DNA of 16,325 nucleotides, taken from the NCBI GenBank assembly GCA_033762295.1, contig JANRLW010000086.1:1-16325 (forward strand), in the 5' to 3' direction. Made by a program: the position numbers and the translations under genes. This document shows, one piece after another, positions 1 through 8,997 of the stretch. A model generated the notes under the pieces. The model searched no databases and was not told the origin of the DNA. It saw nothing but the letters and a program-made list of their open reading frames with translations. Position 1 is the first letter of the stretch. Each line of letters starts with the position of its first letter. The DNA is from Capsulimonadales bacterium (GTDB lineage Bacteria > Armatimonadota > Armatimonadia > Armatimonadales > Armatimonadaceae).

Positions 1-787
<787 letters not shown>

Positions 788-806
788 TCAGTTCCGGAAA
801 GTCGGA

Positions 807-2744
807 TTATTTTTCCTCGCGAAATTCGCCGTCGACGACCTCCTCCGCTCGATGGGCGGAGAACTGCTGCGTCCGTTCGTACGCGCCGGGATTTTCGGCG
901 TCGGACGCCCCGGAGGCGGCATCGGGATCGAACCCGCCGCCCGGAGGGGGAGCGGCGGTTCCGGGATCGTAGGCTCCGTTGCCTGAGGGGGCGGCGGACG
1001 CGGGGGCGCCGCCCTGATACTGATACATCGCGGTCGAGAGCGCGTAAACGGCGGTCGTGAGCGTTTCCGTGCGCGAGGCGATCTGTTCGGTCCGGTTTTC
1101 GCTCAGGGCCGCGCGCAGAGCGGCGGCGGCCTCGCGGGCGTTCGTCAGCAGGTCCGCGGATACCTTGCCCTCGGCCTCGCGGATCGTCTTCTCGGACGAA
1201 TAGATCAGAGCGTCGGCCCGGTTGATCGTTTCCTGCTGTTCCCGGCGACGTCGGTCCTCATCGGCATGGACCTCGGCCTCGCGGACCATCCGCTCCACCT
1301 CCTCGCGGGACAGACCGGACGACGCCGTAATGACGGCTTGCTGCGCTTTGCCGGTCGCCTGATCGCGGGCGGCGACCTTGACGATCCCGTTCTGGTCGAT
1401 GTCGAAGGTCACCTCGATCTTGGGGACGCCGCGCGGCGCGGGCGGGATTCCGGACAGTTGCAGTTCGCCGAGCAGCTTGTTCAGCGCGGCCATCTCACGT
1501 TCCCCCTGATAGACCTTGACCTGGACGGCGGTCTGGCCATCGGACGCGGTCGTGAAGACCTGGGTTTTGTTGGTCGGAATGGTGGTGTTTCGCTCGATCA
1601 GTCGGGTCATGACGCCGCCGAGCGTTTCCAATCCGAGCGAGAGCGGGGTGACGTCGAGGAGAACGATATCGCGGACCTCGCCGCCGAGCACGCCGGCCTG
1701 GATCGCCGCGCCGAGGGCCACGACCTCATCCGGGTTGGTGCCTTTGTGCGGTTCCTTGCTGAACATCTCGCGGACCATGTCCTGAACGGCGGGCATTCGG
1801 GTCGAGCCTCCGACCAGGATGACGCGGTCGATCCCGCTCGGTTCCAGGCGGGCGTCGGCCAGCGCCTGTTTGGTGGGCCCCATCATCTTGTTCCGGAGGT
1901 CCTCGGTCATCGCCTCGAAGGCGGCGCGGGTCAGGTTCAGGTCGAGGTGGACCGGCCCTTCGGCGGTGGTGGAGATGAACGGAAGATTGATATTGGTGGT
2001 AACGACGGAGGAGAGTTCGATCTTGGCCTTTTCGGCGGCTTCCTTCAGTCGTTGAACGGCGATCTTATCCTTGCGCAGATCGACGCCGGTCTCCTTTTGG
2101 AAGGTCGTCGCCATCCACTCGATAACGGCGTTATCCCAGTCGTCGCCGCCGAGGCGCGTGTCACCGTTGGTCGCCTTCACTTCGAACACGCCGTCGCCGA
2201 GTTCGAGAATGGAGACGTCGAAGGTTCCGCCCCCCAGGTCCCAGACGAGGATGGTATGCATACCTTCCTTGTCCATGCCGTAGGCGAGAGCGGCGGCGGT
2301 CGGTTCGTTGATGATTCGCAGGACATCCAGTCCGGCGACGGTTCCGGCATCCTTGGTCGCCTGCCGCTGTGCGTCGTTGAAGTAGGCGGGGACGGTAATG
2401 ACGGCCTTATCGACCGTGTCTCCGAGGAACGCTTCGGCGTCGGCTTTCAGCTTCTGGAGGATCATCGCCGAGATCTCCGGAGGAGAGTAGGATTTGCCGT
2501 CGATGGTGACGCGGTAATCGGTCCCCATATGTCGCTTGATCGAGCTGATCGTGCGATCCGGGTTGGTGATCGCCTGTCGCTTGGCCAGCTGTCCGACGAG
2601 CCGTTCCCCGGTCTTGGAGAACCCGACCACGGACGGACAGAGACGCGAACCTTCGGACAGGGGGATGACCGTCGGCTCGCCCGCTTCGAGGAAGGCGATG
2701 ACGGAGTTGGTCGTCCCCAGGTCAATTCCCACAATACGGCCCAT
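807..2744 (-). CDS. dnaK: Molecular chaperone DnaK (Hsp70)
   Basis: Motifs [69 protein letters not shown] and the [10 protein letters not shown] linker; C-terminal VVDGEF. AAGGAG RBS lies 6 nt before the ATG at 2744 (the track uses TTG at 2747). Confidence 0.99.
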   Translation of the reverse strand: MGRIVGIDLGTTNSVIAFLEAGEPTVIPLSEGSRLCPSVVGFSKTGERLVGQLAKRQAITNPDRTISSIKRHMGTDYRVTIDGKSYSPPEISAMILQKLKADAEAFLGDTVDKAVITVPAYFNDAQRQATKDAGTVAGLDVLRIINEPTAAALAYGMDKEGMHTILVWDLGGGTFDVSILELGDGVFEVKATNGDTRLGGDDWDNAVIEWMATTFQKETGVDLRKDKIAVQRLKEAAEKAKIELSSVVTTNINLPFISTTAEGPVHLDLNLTRAAFEAMTEDLRNKMMGPTKQALADARLEPSGIDRVILVGGSTRMPAVQDMVREMFSKEPHKGTNPDEVVALGAAIQAGVLGGEVRDIVLLDVTPLSLGLETLGGVMTRLIERNTTIPTNKTQVFTTASDGQTAVQVKVYQGEREMAALNKLLGELQLSGIPPAPRGVPKIEVTFDIDQNGIVKVAARDQATGKAQQAVITASSGLSREEVERMVREAEVHADEDRRRREQQETINRADALIYSSEKTIREAEGKVSADLLTNAREAAAALRAALSENRTEQIASRTETLTTAVYALSTAMYQYQGGAPASAAPSGNGAYDPGTAAPPPGGGFDPDAASGASDAENPGAYERTQQFSAHRAEEVVDGEFREEK

Positions 2745-2843
2745 CAAACTCTCCTTATTTCCATACGGAGGGAAGCGATCCTCCCGTCCCGTTCGATCGT
2801 ACGCTATTTCGACTCTCGGCCCCGAATGGGGTCTCGGTCGTCA

Positions 2844-3302
2844 TCAGACCTCGGTCGTATCTTCCTCATCGGCGATGAGGATCGGGTCCTCTTCCTCCTC
2901 CTCGGTTTCGTCTCCCTCGGTCATCACCTCTTCCAGTTCGTCATCGTTTCCTAGAAGGTCGTCGAGGTCGGCGCCGAGCGCGGCGGCGGCGCGGGCATAG
3001 TTTTCATCCGGTTCGGGGGTGGCCAGCGGATCGATTCCGTCCACTTCCAGGTCGCGCCGTCCGACAACGGCCTGCTGATCGGAAAGGGCTTCCCGTCCGG
3101 CGAGGGAGTTTTCATCGAACTGATACCGTACCTGTCCGCTCGCAATCTCCTCCAGGGCAACGGTCAGCGGATTGACGGATTCCGTTTTGATCAGCGGCTT
3201 GCTGCCCTCTTTCAACTGCTTTGCGCGTTTGGCAGCAAGTATCACGAGAGCGTATTTGCTGTCAATCTGTTCTTCAATCTTGTCGGCGGCGGGATAAATC
3301 AT
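2844..3302 (-). CDS. rpoZ: DNA-directed RNA polymerase omega subunit with acidic C-terminal extension
   Basis: N-terminal ~62 aa (IDSKYALVILAAKRAKQL...NPLTVALEEIASG) match the omega signature, followed by a ~90-aa D/E-rich tail. Confidence 0.92.
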   Translation of the reverse strand: MIYPAADKIEEQIDSKYALVILAAKRAKQLKEGSKPLIKTESVNPLTVALEEIASGQVRYQFDENSLAGREALSDQQAVVGRRDLEVDGIDPLATPEPDENYARAAAALGADLDDLLGNDDELEEVMTEGDETEEEEEDPILIADEEDTTEV

Positions 3303-3314
3303 GGAAGCATCCTA

Positions 3315-3340
3315 TTAAACGTACTTGTTAAACGAACTTG
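3315..3340. repeat. 13-bp tandem direct repeat upstream of rpoZ, candidate operator
   Basis: TTAAACGTACTTG (3315-3327) immediately followed by TTAAACGAACTTG (3328-3340), 1 mismatch. AT-rich in a GC-rich context. Confidence 0.6.
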
Positions 3341-3353
3341 GGTAAGGGAACGG

Positions 3354-3734
3354 TCAGGAGTGACTGCCGTTCGTTTTGACCAGGGCGGTGACTTCGGCCA
3401 GGGCGGGTCGGGCGGCCGAACGCGGCGTGTCCGGCGAATCGGGTGTTTCGCCGTCCGTTGACGGTCCCGGGGACGGTGCGCCTTCGCGGGCGGCCCGTTC
3501 CATTTCCAGGATCACCTTGATCCCGTTGATATTGACTTTCCGTTCCACCATCAGGTGGTGAACGTGCATGAGCAGGCGGATATCGTTATCGGAATAGAGA
3601 CGTCGGTTGGATTCGGTACGCACCGGGACAACGATGCCCTCCTGATCGAGGACGCGCAACACCCAGACCGGCAGGTCTGCCAGTCGGGCTGCTACACTGA
3701 TCACATAAACGGGTTCATCGCCGGTTCCCTGCAT
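3354..3734 (-). CDS. hspR: MerR-family transcriptional regulator, HspR-like
   Basis: DEPVYVISVAARLA...EGIVVPVRTESNRRLYSDNDI...VNINGIKVILEM closely resembles HspR (PVYxISVAAxL, PxRTxGxxRxYS, GVNLxGIxxIL) and sits upstream of dnaK-dnaJ. Start is uncertain: ATG 3734 or TTG 3764. Confidence 0.8.
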   Translation of the reverse strand: MQGTGDEPVYVISVAARLADLPVWVLRVLDQEGIVVPVRTESNRRLYSDNDIRLLMHVHHLMVERKVNINGIKVILEMERAAREGAPSPGPSTDGETPDSPDTPRSAARPALAEVTALVKTNGSHS

Positions 3735-3772
3735 GGCTGGTCGTGCGGAATCGGGTCCGCGCAATCCTACCT

Positions 3773-3799
3773 ATTATCGCATTCGGGTTTCTTTGTCAA
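3773..3799 (-). promoter_or_regulatory. Candidate sigma70-type promoter for the hspR-like gene/operon
   Basis: On the minus strand, TTGACA (3799-3794), then 15 nt, then GATAAT (3778-3773) with an extended -10 TGn. The spacer is shorter than the canonical 17. Confidence 0.55.
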
Positions 3800-3893
3800 A
3801 TCTCCTACCGAAAACGTGCGAATTTTTCGTAGGTTTGTTCCCGCCGCTTACCAGGGGACGATCTCCGCCGCGCAAAATCGCCGATTCGTCCGG

Positions 3894-4505
3894 CTAACGT
3901 CCCTCGCGTTCGGAACCGAGGCGGACCGACGTCTCCTCGGTCGTCCCGGAGGGCGTATACACATCGTTCATCGCCTCCTTATAGGTTTGCGCCGACGCGC
4001 TCACCTGCTGCGTCCGCTCCCGGACACGGTCGGAGATCTCCCCGAGACGGATGCGATCCCGGGTCCGACGCGCCTGCTCGATGTCCCGCCCGGTGATGGA
4101 GAACGCCTCGTCGATCTCCGCCGCGAAACGCGCGAAATACGCCTCCCCCAGACCCGAGGCTTTGATCGCTTCCAGTTGCGTCAGCAGGAACTCCGGATCG
4201 ACCGAGGACCCCCGCAGGGTAATCCCGCTATCCGGCGGAATCAGGGTTTCCAGTCGTCCGAATTCCTCGAACCAGGCGCGAAACCGACGACGTATCGTGT
4301 CGGGAAAGGGCAGCACGACCCCTTCGAGGCCGACGTACAGGTAGGCCGCGGTCGGCACCAGTCCGAAGACGATATCGACCGGATGGATCAGGGTCAGCAG
4401 CACCGAGGCGGCGCCGCCCAGGCCGGCGGGCAGAGTGTAGGCCGGCCGGCGGATCGCTCGCCGGAGGAGGAACAGGCGGTAGGTAAGTTCGTGACGCATT
4501 GCCAT
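3894..4505 (-). CDS. Hypothetical membrane protein (about two N-terminal hydrophobic segments plus a helical C-terminal region)
   Basis: ATG at 4505 preceded by GAGGGA; this start avoids overlap with the upstream gene. Hydrophobic segments LPAGLGGAASVLLTLI and IVFGLVPTAAYLYVGL are followed by a charged helical region. Confidence 0.7.
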   Translation of the reverse strand: MAMRHELTYRLFLLRRAIRRPAYTLPAGLGGAASVLLTLIHPVDIVFGLVPTAAYLYVGLEGVVLPFPDTIRRRFRAWFEEFGRLETLIPPDSGITLRGSSVDPEFLLTQLEAIKASGLGEAYFARFAAEIDEAFSITGRDIEQARRTRDRIRLGEISDRVRERTQQVSASAQTYKEAMNDVYTPSGTTEETSVRLGSEREGR

Positions 4506-4545
4506 ACCGTTCCCTCGACCGCGTCGAGGAGGGGCGTCGAGAGCG

Positions 4546-5577
4546 CTATTTCGGCTGGTCCAGACGCCGTCCCTGATTAAATACCCGTTCCCAGGTCCGT
4601 TTTGCATCGTTTACATCGCCCACATTTCCGATCGATCGGGTATCGGCGTCGGCTGGCGAGAGCGGCAGACGCTGTTCGAGAAACCGCAGAAAGGCGATGG
4701 CGTCGTCCCCGTGCCGCTGCCGTCCGGACTGCAGCAGGATCGCCATCGGCTCCTCGAAGACGGTAAAGGCGGGAATGATCTTACGGAGACGGTCGGGATG
4801 TTTTTGTATCTCGCGATCCGCCAGAGTGTTGTGAACCAGAACGAAATCGAGTTCCGTATCCGAGGCGATCCCGGCGGCCAGCGGTCCGGAGTCGAGCAGG
4901 CGCGGTACGAACCCTCGCTCTTTGAGGTCGCCAAGAAAGGCGGCAAAGTTTCGCGGACGGTTCGAACCGGTCTTTTTCGACTGCTCGTACGCCCATTTCA
5001 GGTACTGCGCCGCGCTGTCACCGCCGCCGGACCGGAGAACATCGGCGCAGGCGTAATGATATTTCCCCGGAGGAAGCTCCGGAAGCGGATTCCGACGGCG
5101 CAGCAGCGTCTCGAGTTCGGCCGACCCCTTCCGTACGAGGAATGCCAGGGGCTGGCGCGGGAACCGGGCAATCAGACGGGAGTCATCCGGGTTCATAAAT
5201 TGGTGTCCGCTAACTTCGCTGACCCGGTACACCAGGTTCTGCGTGCTGGAAAGCCAGATGTCGGGCTGGTCGGAGGAGCCGCTCAGGATAACCTGCATGG
5301 TTTTGCGTGACGGACGAACATCGAGCAGACGAACACGGGCATGCGACGGGTCCCTTTCCCATTCGCGGCTGGCTATTTCCGCCAGGGAAAAATAGGTTTC
5401 GCTGGTTTGCAGGGTGATTTCGCGCCCGGCCGCCGATCGGTCCGCGGGCGCATCCCCGGTCGGGGAGGCGGGAAGCGGGCCACGGACGAGATTCCGTCCG
5501 TAGAGCACATAAAACAGCGCCGCCATGATCAGGAACGCCGAGACGAGACATCCCCAGTTACCCGAATTTTTATTCAT
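4546..5577 (-). CDS. Membrane-anchored type II solute-binding-fold protein (resembles SBP_bac_11 / vWA-associated binding domains)
   Basis: N-terminal TM (CLVSAFLIMAALFYVLY) and Pro/Ala linker. The motifs QPDIWLSS, QPLAFLV, ADVLRSGGG, DFVLVH, IIPAFTVFEEPMAIL and AIAFLRFL follow the pattern of that family. Likely start is ATG 5577 (the track uses 5631). Confidence 0.65.
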   Translation of the reverse strand: MNKNSGNWGCLVSAFLIMAALFYVLYGRNLVRGPLPASPTGDAPADRSAAGREITLQTSETYFSLAEIASREWERDPSHARVRLLDVRPSRKTMQVILSGSSDQPDIWLSSTQNLVYRVSEVSGHQFMNPDDSRLIARFPRQPLAFLVRKGSAELETLLRRRNPLPELPPGKYHYACADVLRSGGGDSAAQYLKWAYEQSKKTGSNRPRNFAAFLGDLKERGFVPRLLDSGPLAAGIASDTELDFVLVHNTLADREIQKHPDRLRKIIPAFTVFEEPMAILLQSGRQRHGDDAIAFLRFLEQRLPLSPADADTRSIGNVGDVNDAKRTWERVFNQGRRLDQPK

Positions 5578-5820
5578 TGACTCTGCCCCCGTTATCCCCG
5601 GCTTTCGCTTTGAATATTGGACTCCTTTCATGCAGGCGTGGTTTCACAGGACGACCCGCTTTATAACAAGTAAACAAAATATTACCAATAAATATTCCGT
5701 ATTCGTTCTTCGCGCCTGATCTTCCCCTCATTCACACCCATAATCGTTAATGTAGCATTGTGGTGTTTCACTTCCCGTCGTGCAATCGGTTGAAATCAGT
5801 CTTTATTAAAGGGAAACAAT

Positions 5821-6573
5821 ATGCGAATCACAATCAAGCCCCTGGGTTACGTCCTGCTGGGTTTCCTGACCGTACTGGCGGTGGTTCTCACCTTCTCTCC
5901 GGCGGCCCTGACCCCTCGAAAACGCGTCCGTGCGTCGACCGGATACTCGGTCGCCGTTCTTTCGGCTCCGGCGATCGGTGTGAATGCGGTCCCCGCCGCG
6001 CCGACCGTCGAAACGGCGGGTCCGGGCGTCTTCAAGGACACGATCATGCCCGGCTGGCGTCTGGACGGATGGGCGGAAAACATCCGGGTGGAGGAAACTT
6101 CCGGACAGGATGGCCGAAAATCGCTTTCGGTCGAGAGTCAGGAGCCGTTTCGTGGTATTCAATTCACGTCCGAAACGTTTCGACCGGGTTTGTATGACCG
6201 CGTCGTCTTTTATCTCCACGGCGGATCGAAGGGCGGGCAGCGACTTCGCGCCTCGGCCAAGGCGATGGTCAACGGCGAATTCCAGGGGCGCAAAGGGGTG
6301 CTTCTGGCGCCGCTTGCCGGGAAGCGATGGGAGCCGGTCGTCATTCCTCTGGATATGCTCGGACTGACCGGGGTTCGTCAGGGAATCTCGTTCTTCGTGA
6401 TGGATAATCAGGCAAAGCCGTTTCATCTCTGGATCGACCATGTCCGCTTCCTGAAACCGGGAGAGAAAGCCCCGCAAAACCCGTTGCCGATCCGGCAGAT
6501 GACGATCGTGCCGGGAACGGAATCCACGTTCCTCGACAACGGTCCCCGTCCGCTGGTGAGTCCGAACCGCTGA
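5821..6573 (+). CDS. Membrane-anchored/secreted protein with a galactose-binding-like (CBM-type) beta-sandwich domain
   Basis: AAGGGA RBS and N-terminal TM. Domain pattern VFKD..MPGW...W, FYLHGG..GGQ.L, W..V.IPL..LG and LWIDHVRF is typical of CBM-like jelly-roll modules appended to glycoside hydrolases. Confidence 0.7.
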   Translation: MRITIKPLGYVLLGFLTVLAVVLTFSPAALTPRKRVRASTGYSVAVLSAPAIGVNAVPAAPTVETAGPGVFKDTIMPGWRLDGWAENIRVEETSGQDGRKSLSVESQEPFRGIQFTSETFRPGLYDRVVFYLHGGSKGGQRLRASAKAMVNGEFQGRKGVLLAPLAGKRWEPVVIPLDMLGLTGVRQGISFFVMDNQAKPFHLWIDHVRFLKPGEKAPQNPLPIRQMTIVPGTESTFLDNGPRPLVSPNR

Positions 6574-6587
6574 CGACGGAGACGAAA

Positions 6588-6626
6588 GACCGTCCGTCGA
6601 CGCCGACGGCGCCTCGACGGACGGTC
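6588..6626. terminator. GC-rich hairpin between convergent genes (putative bidirectional terminator)
   Basis: Perfect 13-bp inverted repeat GACCGTCCGTCGA (6588-6600) / TCGACGGACGGTC (6614-6626), extendable imperfectly across 6574-6642. No U-tract. Confidence 0.6.
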
Positions 6627-6642
6627 CGTCCTTCTCCGGTCG

Positions 6643-7632
6643 TTACCAGGCGTACGCTTCGGGAGCGGGCTTGCTCTTCGGACCGAAGAGTCCGACCGCC
6701 GGGAAGATCTCGTCGATCCGATCCAGCGTCTCCGCACCGAGCGTCAGTTCGGGCGCGCGCAGCGAGCCGTTCAGTTGTTCCAGGGTACGTGGGCCGATGA
6801 TGGGCGCGGTGACGGCTTTCTGGTGCAGCAGCCAGGCCAGCGCGACATCGGCGGGATTTTCCCCCAGTTCCTGACAGAGCGCTTCCCACCGCTCCAGCGC
6901 CGGACGGTGCTTTTCGATCTCTCGCTGCACCCCTTCCTGCGCACGGCGGCCCTCCGCCGCCTTTCGCAACGCGCCGCCGAGGACGCCGGACGCCAGCGGC
7001 GACCAGGGAATCACGCCCAGGCCGAACCGCTCGCAGGCGGGGAGCACCTCCAGTTCCGGATAGCGGCAGAGAAGGTGATACTTGCTCTGCTCGGAGACCA
7101 GTCCGAGAAAGTTGCGGCTCTTTGCCACCCCTTGCGCCTCGGCGATATGCCATCCGGCGAAGTTGGAGGAGCCGATATAAAGTACTTTCCCTTCGGCGAC
7201 CAGCTGCTCGAAGGCTTCGAAAAGCTCCTCCCAGGGAGCATTCCGATCGATATGGTGCATCTGGTAGAGGTCGATGTAATCGGTCCGCATCGCCTTCAGG
7301 CTGTCCTCGCAGCCCTTCTTGATACGGAGTTTGGACAGTCGCTCGCCGTTCGGCCAATCCGCGACCTTGTTATAGACTTTCGTCGCCAGAACGACCTTCT
7401 CCCGGCGTCCCCCACCCTGCGCGAAGAAGTTGCCGATGATTCGCTCGGTGATCCGCTCGCCCATTTTCCAGCCGTAGACGTCGGCGGTATCCCAGAAGTT
7501 GATCCCGAGTTCGAGTGCACGATCCATGATCGCGAAGGAATCCGGTTCGGTGGTTTCGGGTCCGAAGTTCATCGTTCCAAGACAGAGCCGTGAGACCTGG
7601 AGGCCGGTACGGCCCAGACGTGTATACTGCAT
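6643..7632 (-). CDS. Aldo/keto reductase
   Basis: Motifs LGRTGLQVSRLCLGTMNFG, DTADVYG (catalytic D/Y), LATK, DYIDLYQMHH, GKVLYIGSSN, PWSPLASG, PIIGPRT; C-terminal PAPEAYAW. GGAGGG RBS. Confidence 0.96.
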   Translation of the reverse strand: MQYTRLGRTGLQVSRLCLGTMNFGPETTEPDSFAIMDRALELGINFWDTADVYGWKMGERITERIIGNFFAQGGGRREKVVLATKVYNKVADWPNGERLSKLRIKKGCEDSLKAMRTDYIDLYQMHHIDRNAPWEELFEAFEQLVAEGKVLYIGSSNFAGWHIAEAQGVAKSRNFLGLVSEQSKYHLLCRYPELEVLPACERFGLGVIPWSPLASGVLGGALRKAAEGRRAQEGVQREIEKHRPALERWEALCQELGENPADVALAWLLHQKAVTAPIIGPRTLEQLNGSLRAPELTLGAETLDRIDEIFPAVGLFGPKSKPAPEAYAW

Positions 7633-7713
7633 GATTTCCCTCCGCGGAGAAACATTGACATTCGTATTGCTCCGGTAAAATCGGGGAGTTGTACCCGGTT
7701 TGCGCGACGGAAG

Positions 7714-8976
7714 TCAAAGGGGCAGGCGAAACAGCGCCGGAAGACCGACCAGCGTCCGAACGGCGGAAAGGAGGATCGCGAGTCCCAGAGAGACGAGGGT
7801 CAGCGGGTCGCGGGTTGCCAAACCCTGTCGCAGGGCAAGCAGACCGGGCAGAAACAGGAAAGGCCAGGCGTGGACCGCGAACATGAACGCCTCATCGGCG
7901 GCGAAGAACGAGTGGAAGACGACCAGCCAGAGCAGGGCGAAGGCGCACCTGGCGATGAAGAAACGTTCCTCGCGGTCCGATCCGCGAGCGTATGTCCGGG
8001 CGATCCCGATCATCCAGCCGGCGGCGGCGGCGATTTGGAGGACGTTCGGCGCATCGCGAAGTATCACGCCCGCATAGGGGACTCCGGCCTCGGACGTGTA
8101 CGCGAAGACCGAGGTTTCCGGGACGCCGAACGGCGCCATGACCAGGGCGCGGAGGCTGCGCAGGATCGCCGTGCCATCCGGCAGCAGCAGCCAGCGCTGA
8201 AACCGGGACAGCACGAACGTCGCGAAGTCGACCGGGACGGACTCCTGTCGATACCGGTTCAGGAACTGGAGACCGCCCAGCACCAGGATACTCGCTCCCA
8301 TGGCCGCCAGGGCGAACCATTGCCGTTTCGAGGGTCGGAAGGCTCTGCGGAGCGGGACGGCGACCAGAACGGCCGGCACCAGGTTACTGAGAGAGAAACC
8401 GGTGGCGATCAGTCCCCAGGCAAAGGCGTGCCCGGTCCATCGACGGGTGTCTCCCTCGTTCCCATAATGTTCGGCGGATTGACGGCGGCGGACACAGACG
8501 GCGGTCATCAGCAGGGAGAGTCCGCCGAGGGTGTGACTCTCCGGAACGGGCGCGAGCAGGAGTAGCGGTCCGACGAGGAGCGCCAGCGCAATGATGACGG
8601 GAAACCGTTGCGCGTCCCAGCGATACGCCGCCCCTGTGAGGGTGATCGCATGAAACACGATAACGGGAAGCGAGAATAGCGGCAGAAATCGGGCATCGAC
8701 GGCCAGAAAACGTCCGACCAGGAATCCGTACGGTTTGAGGATGACGAGGGTCGCCGGATGCAGCGGAAAGCGGTGGATGAACCCGGGGAACTTGATCCAC
8801 TGCAGGTAGTGATTGACATCGGTGCGGAACCAGACGTCGTACTGGGTCGCCATTCGCGGGAAACGCTGCCCGTACAGAGCGGCGAGCACCAGGAACAGAG
8901 CGCAGACAAAGAGGACCGAAAGGACGAGCCGGAAGTGCGGGCGGGCGGGTTCGGGGAGCGGAGCGGGGGGCGCCAT
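7714..8976 (-). CDS. Polytopic integral membrane protein, possibly GT-C-fold glycosyltransferase-like
   Basis: 420 aa with roughly 9-10 hydrophobic segments. The loop after TM1 carries YDVWFRTD...HP, and a later PES motif occurs. The functional call is tentative. Confidence 0.6.
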   Translation of the reverse strand: MAPPAPLPEPARPHFRLVLSVLFVCALFLVLAALYGQRFPRMATQYDVWFRTDVNHYLQWIKFPGFIHRFPLHPATLVILKPYGFLVGRFLAVDARFLPLFSLPVIVFHAITLTGAAYRWDAQRFPVIIALALLVGPLLLLAPVPESHTLGGLSLLMTAVCVRRRQSAEHYGNEGDTRRWTGHAFAWGLIATGFSLSNLVPAVLVAVPLRRAFRPSKRQWFALAAMGASILVLGGLQFLNRYRQESVPVDFATFVLSRFQRWLLLPDGTAILRSLRALVMAPFGVPETSVFAYTSEAGVPYAGVILRDAPNVLQIAAAAGWMIGIARTYARGSDREERFFIARCAFALLWLVVFHSFFAADEAFMFAVHAWPFLFLPGLLALRQGLATRDPLTLVSLGLAILLSAVRTLVGLPALFRLPL

Positions 8977-8997
8977 AGGGATGGAACTGGCAAAGGG

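Noticed and set aside
1266..2954. 562-aa plus-strand ORF antisense to dnaK
   Set aside because: Well-known shadow ORF opposite dnaK (often misannotated as NAD-specific glutamate dehydrogenase), caused by codon bias in GC-rich genomes.
2748..3893. Canonical CIRCE or HAIR heat-shock operators
   Set aside because: Searched by eye in the spacers; no match to either consensus.
3555..4580. 341-aa plus-strand ORF and other Arg/Pro-rich overlapping ORFs (e.g. 6341-7357, 12089-13231, 14850-15743)
   Set aside because: They overlap better-supported genes and have the composition of off-frame GC-rich translation.
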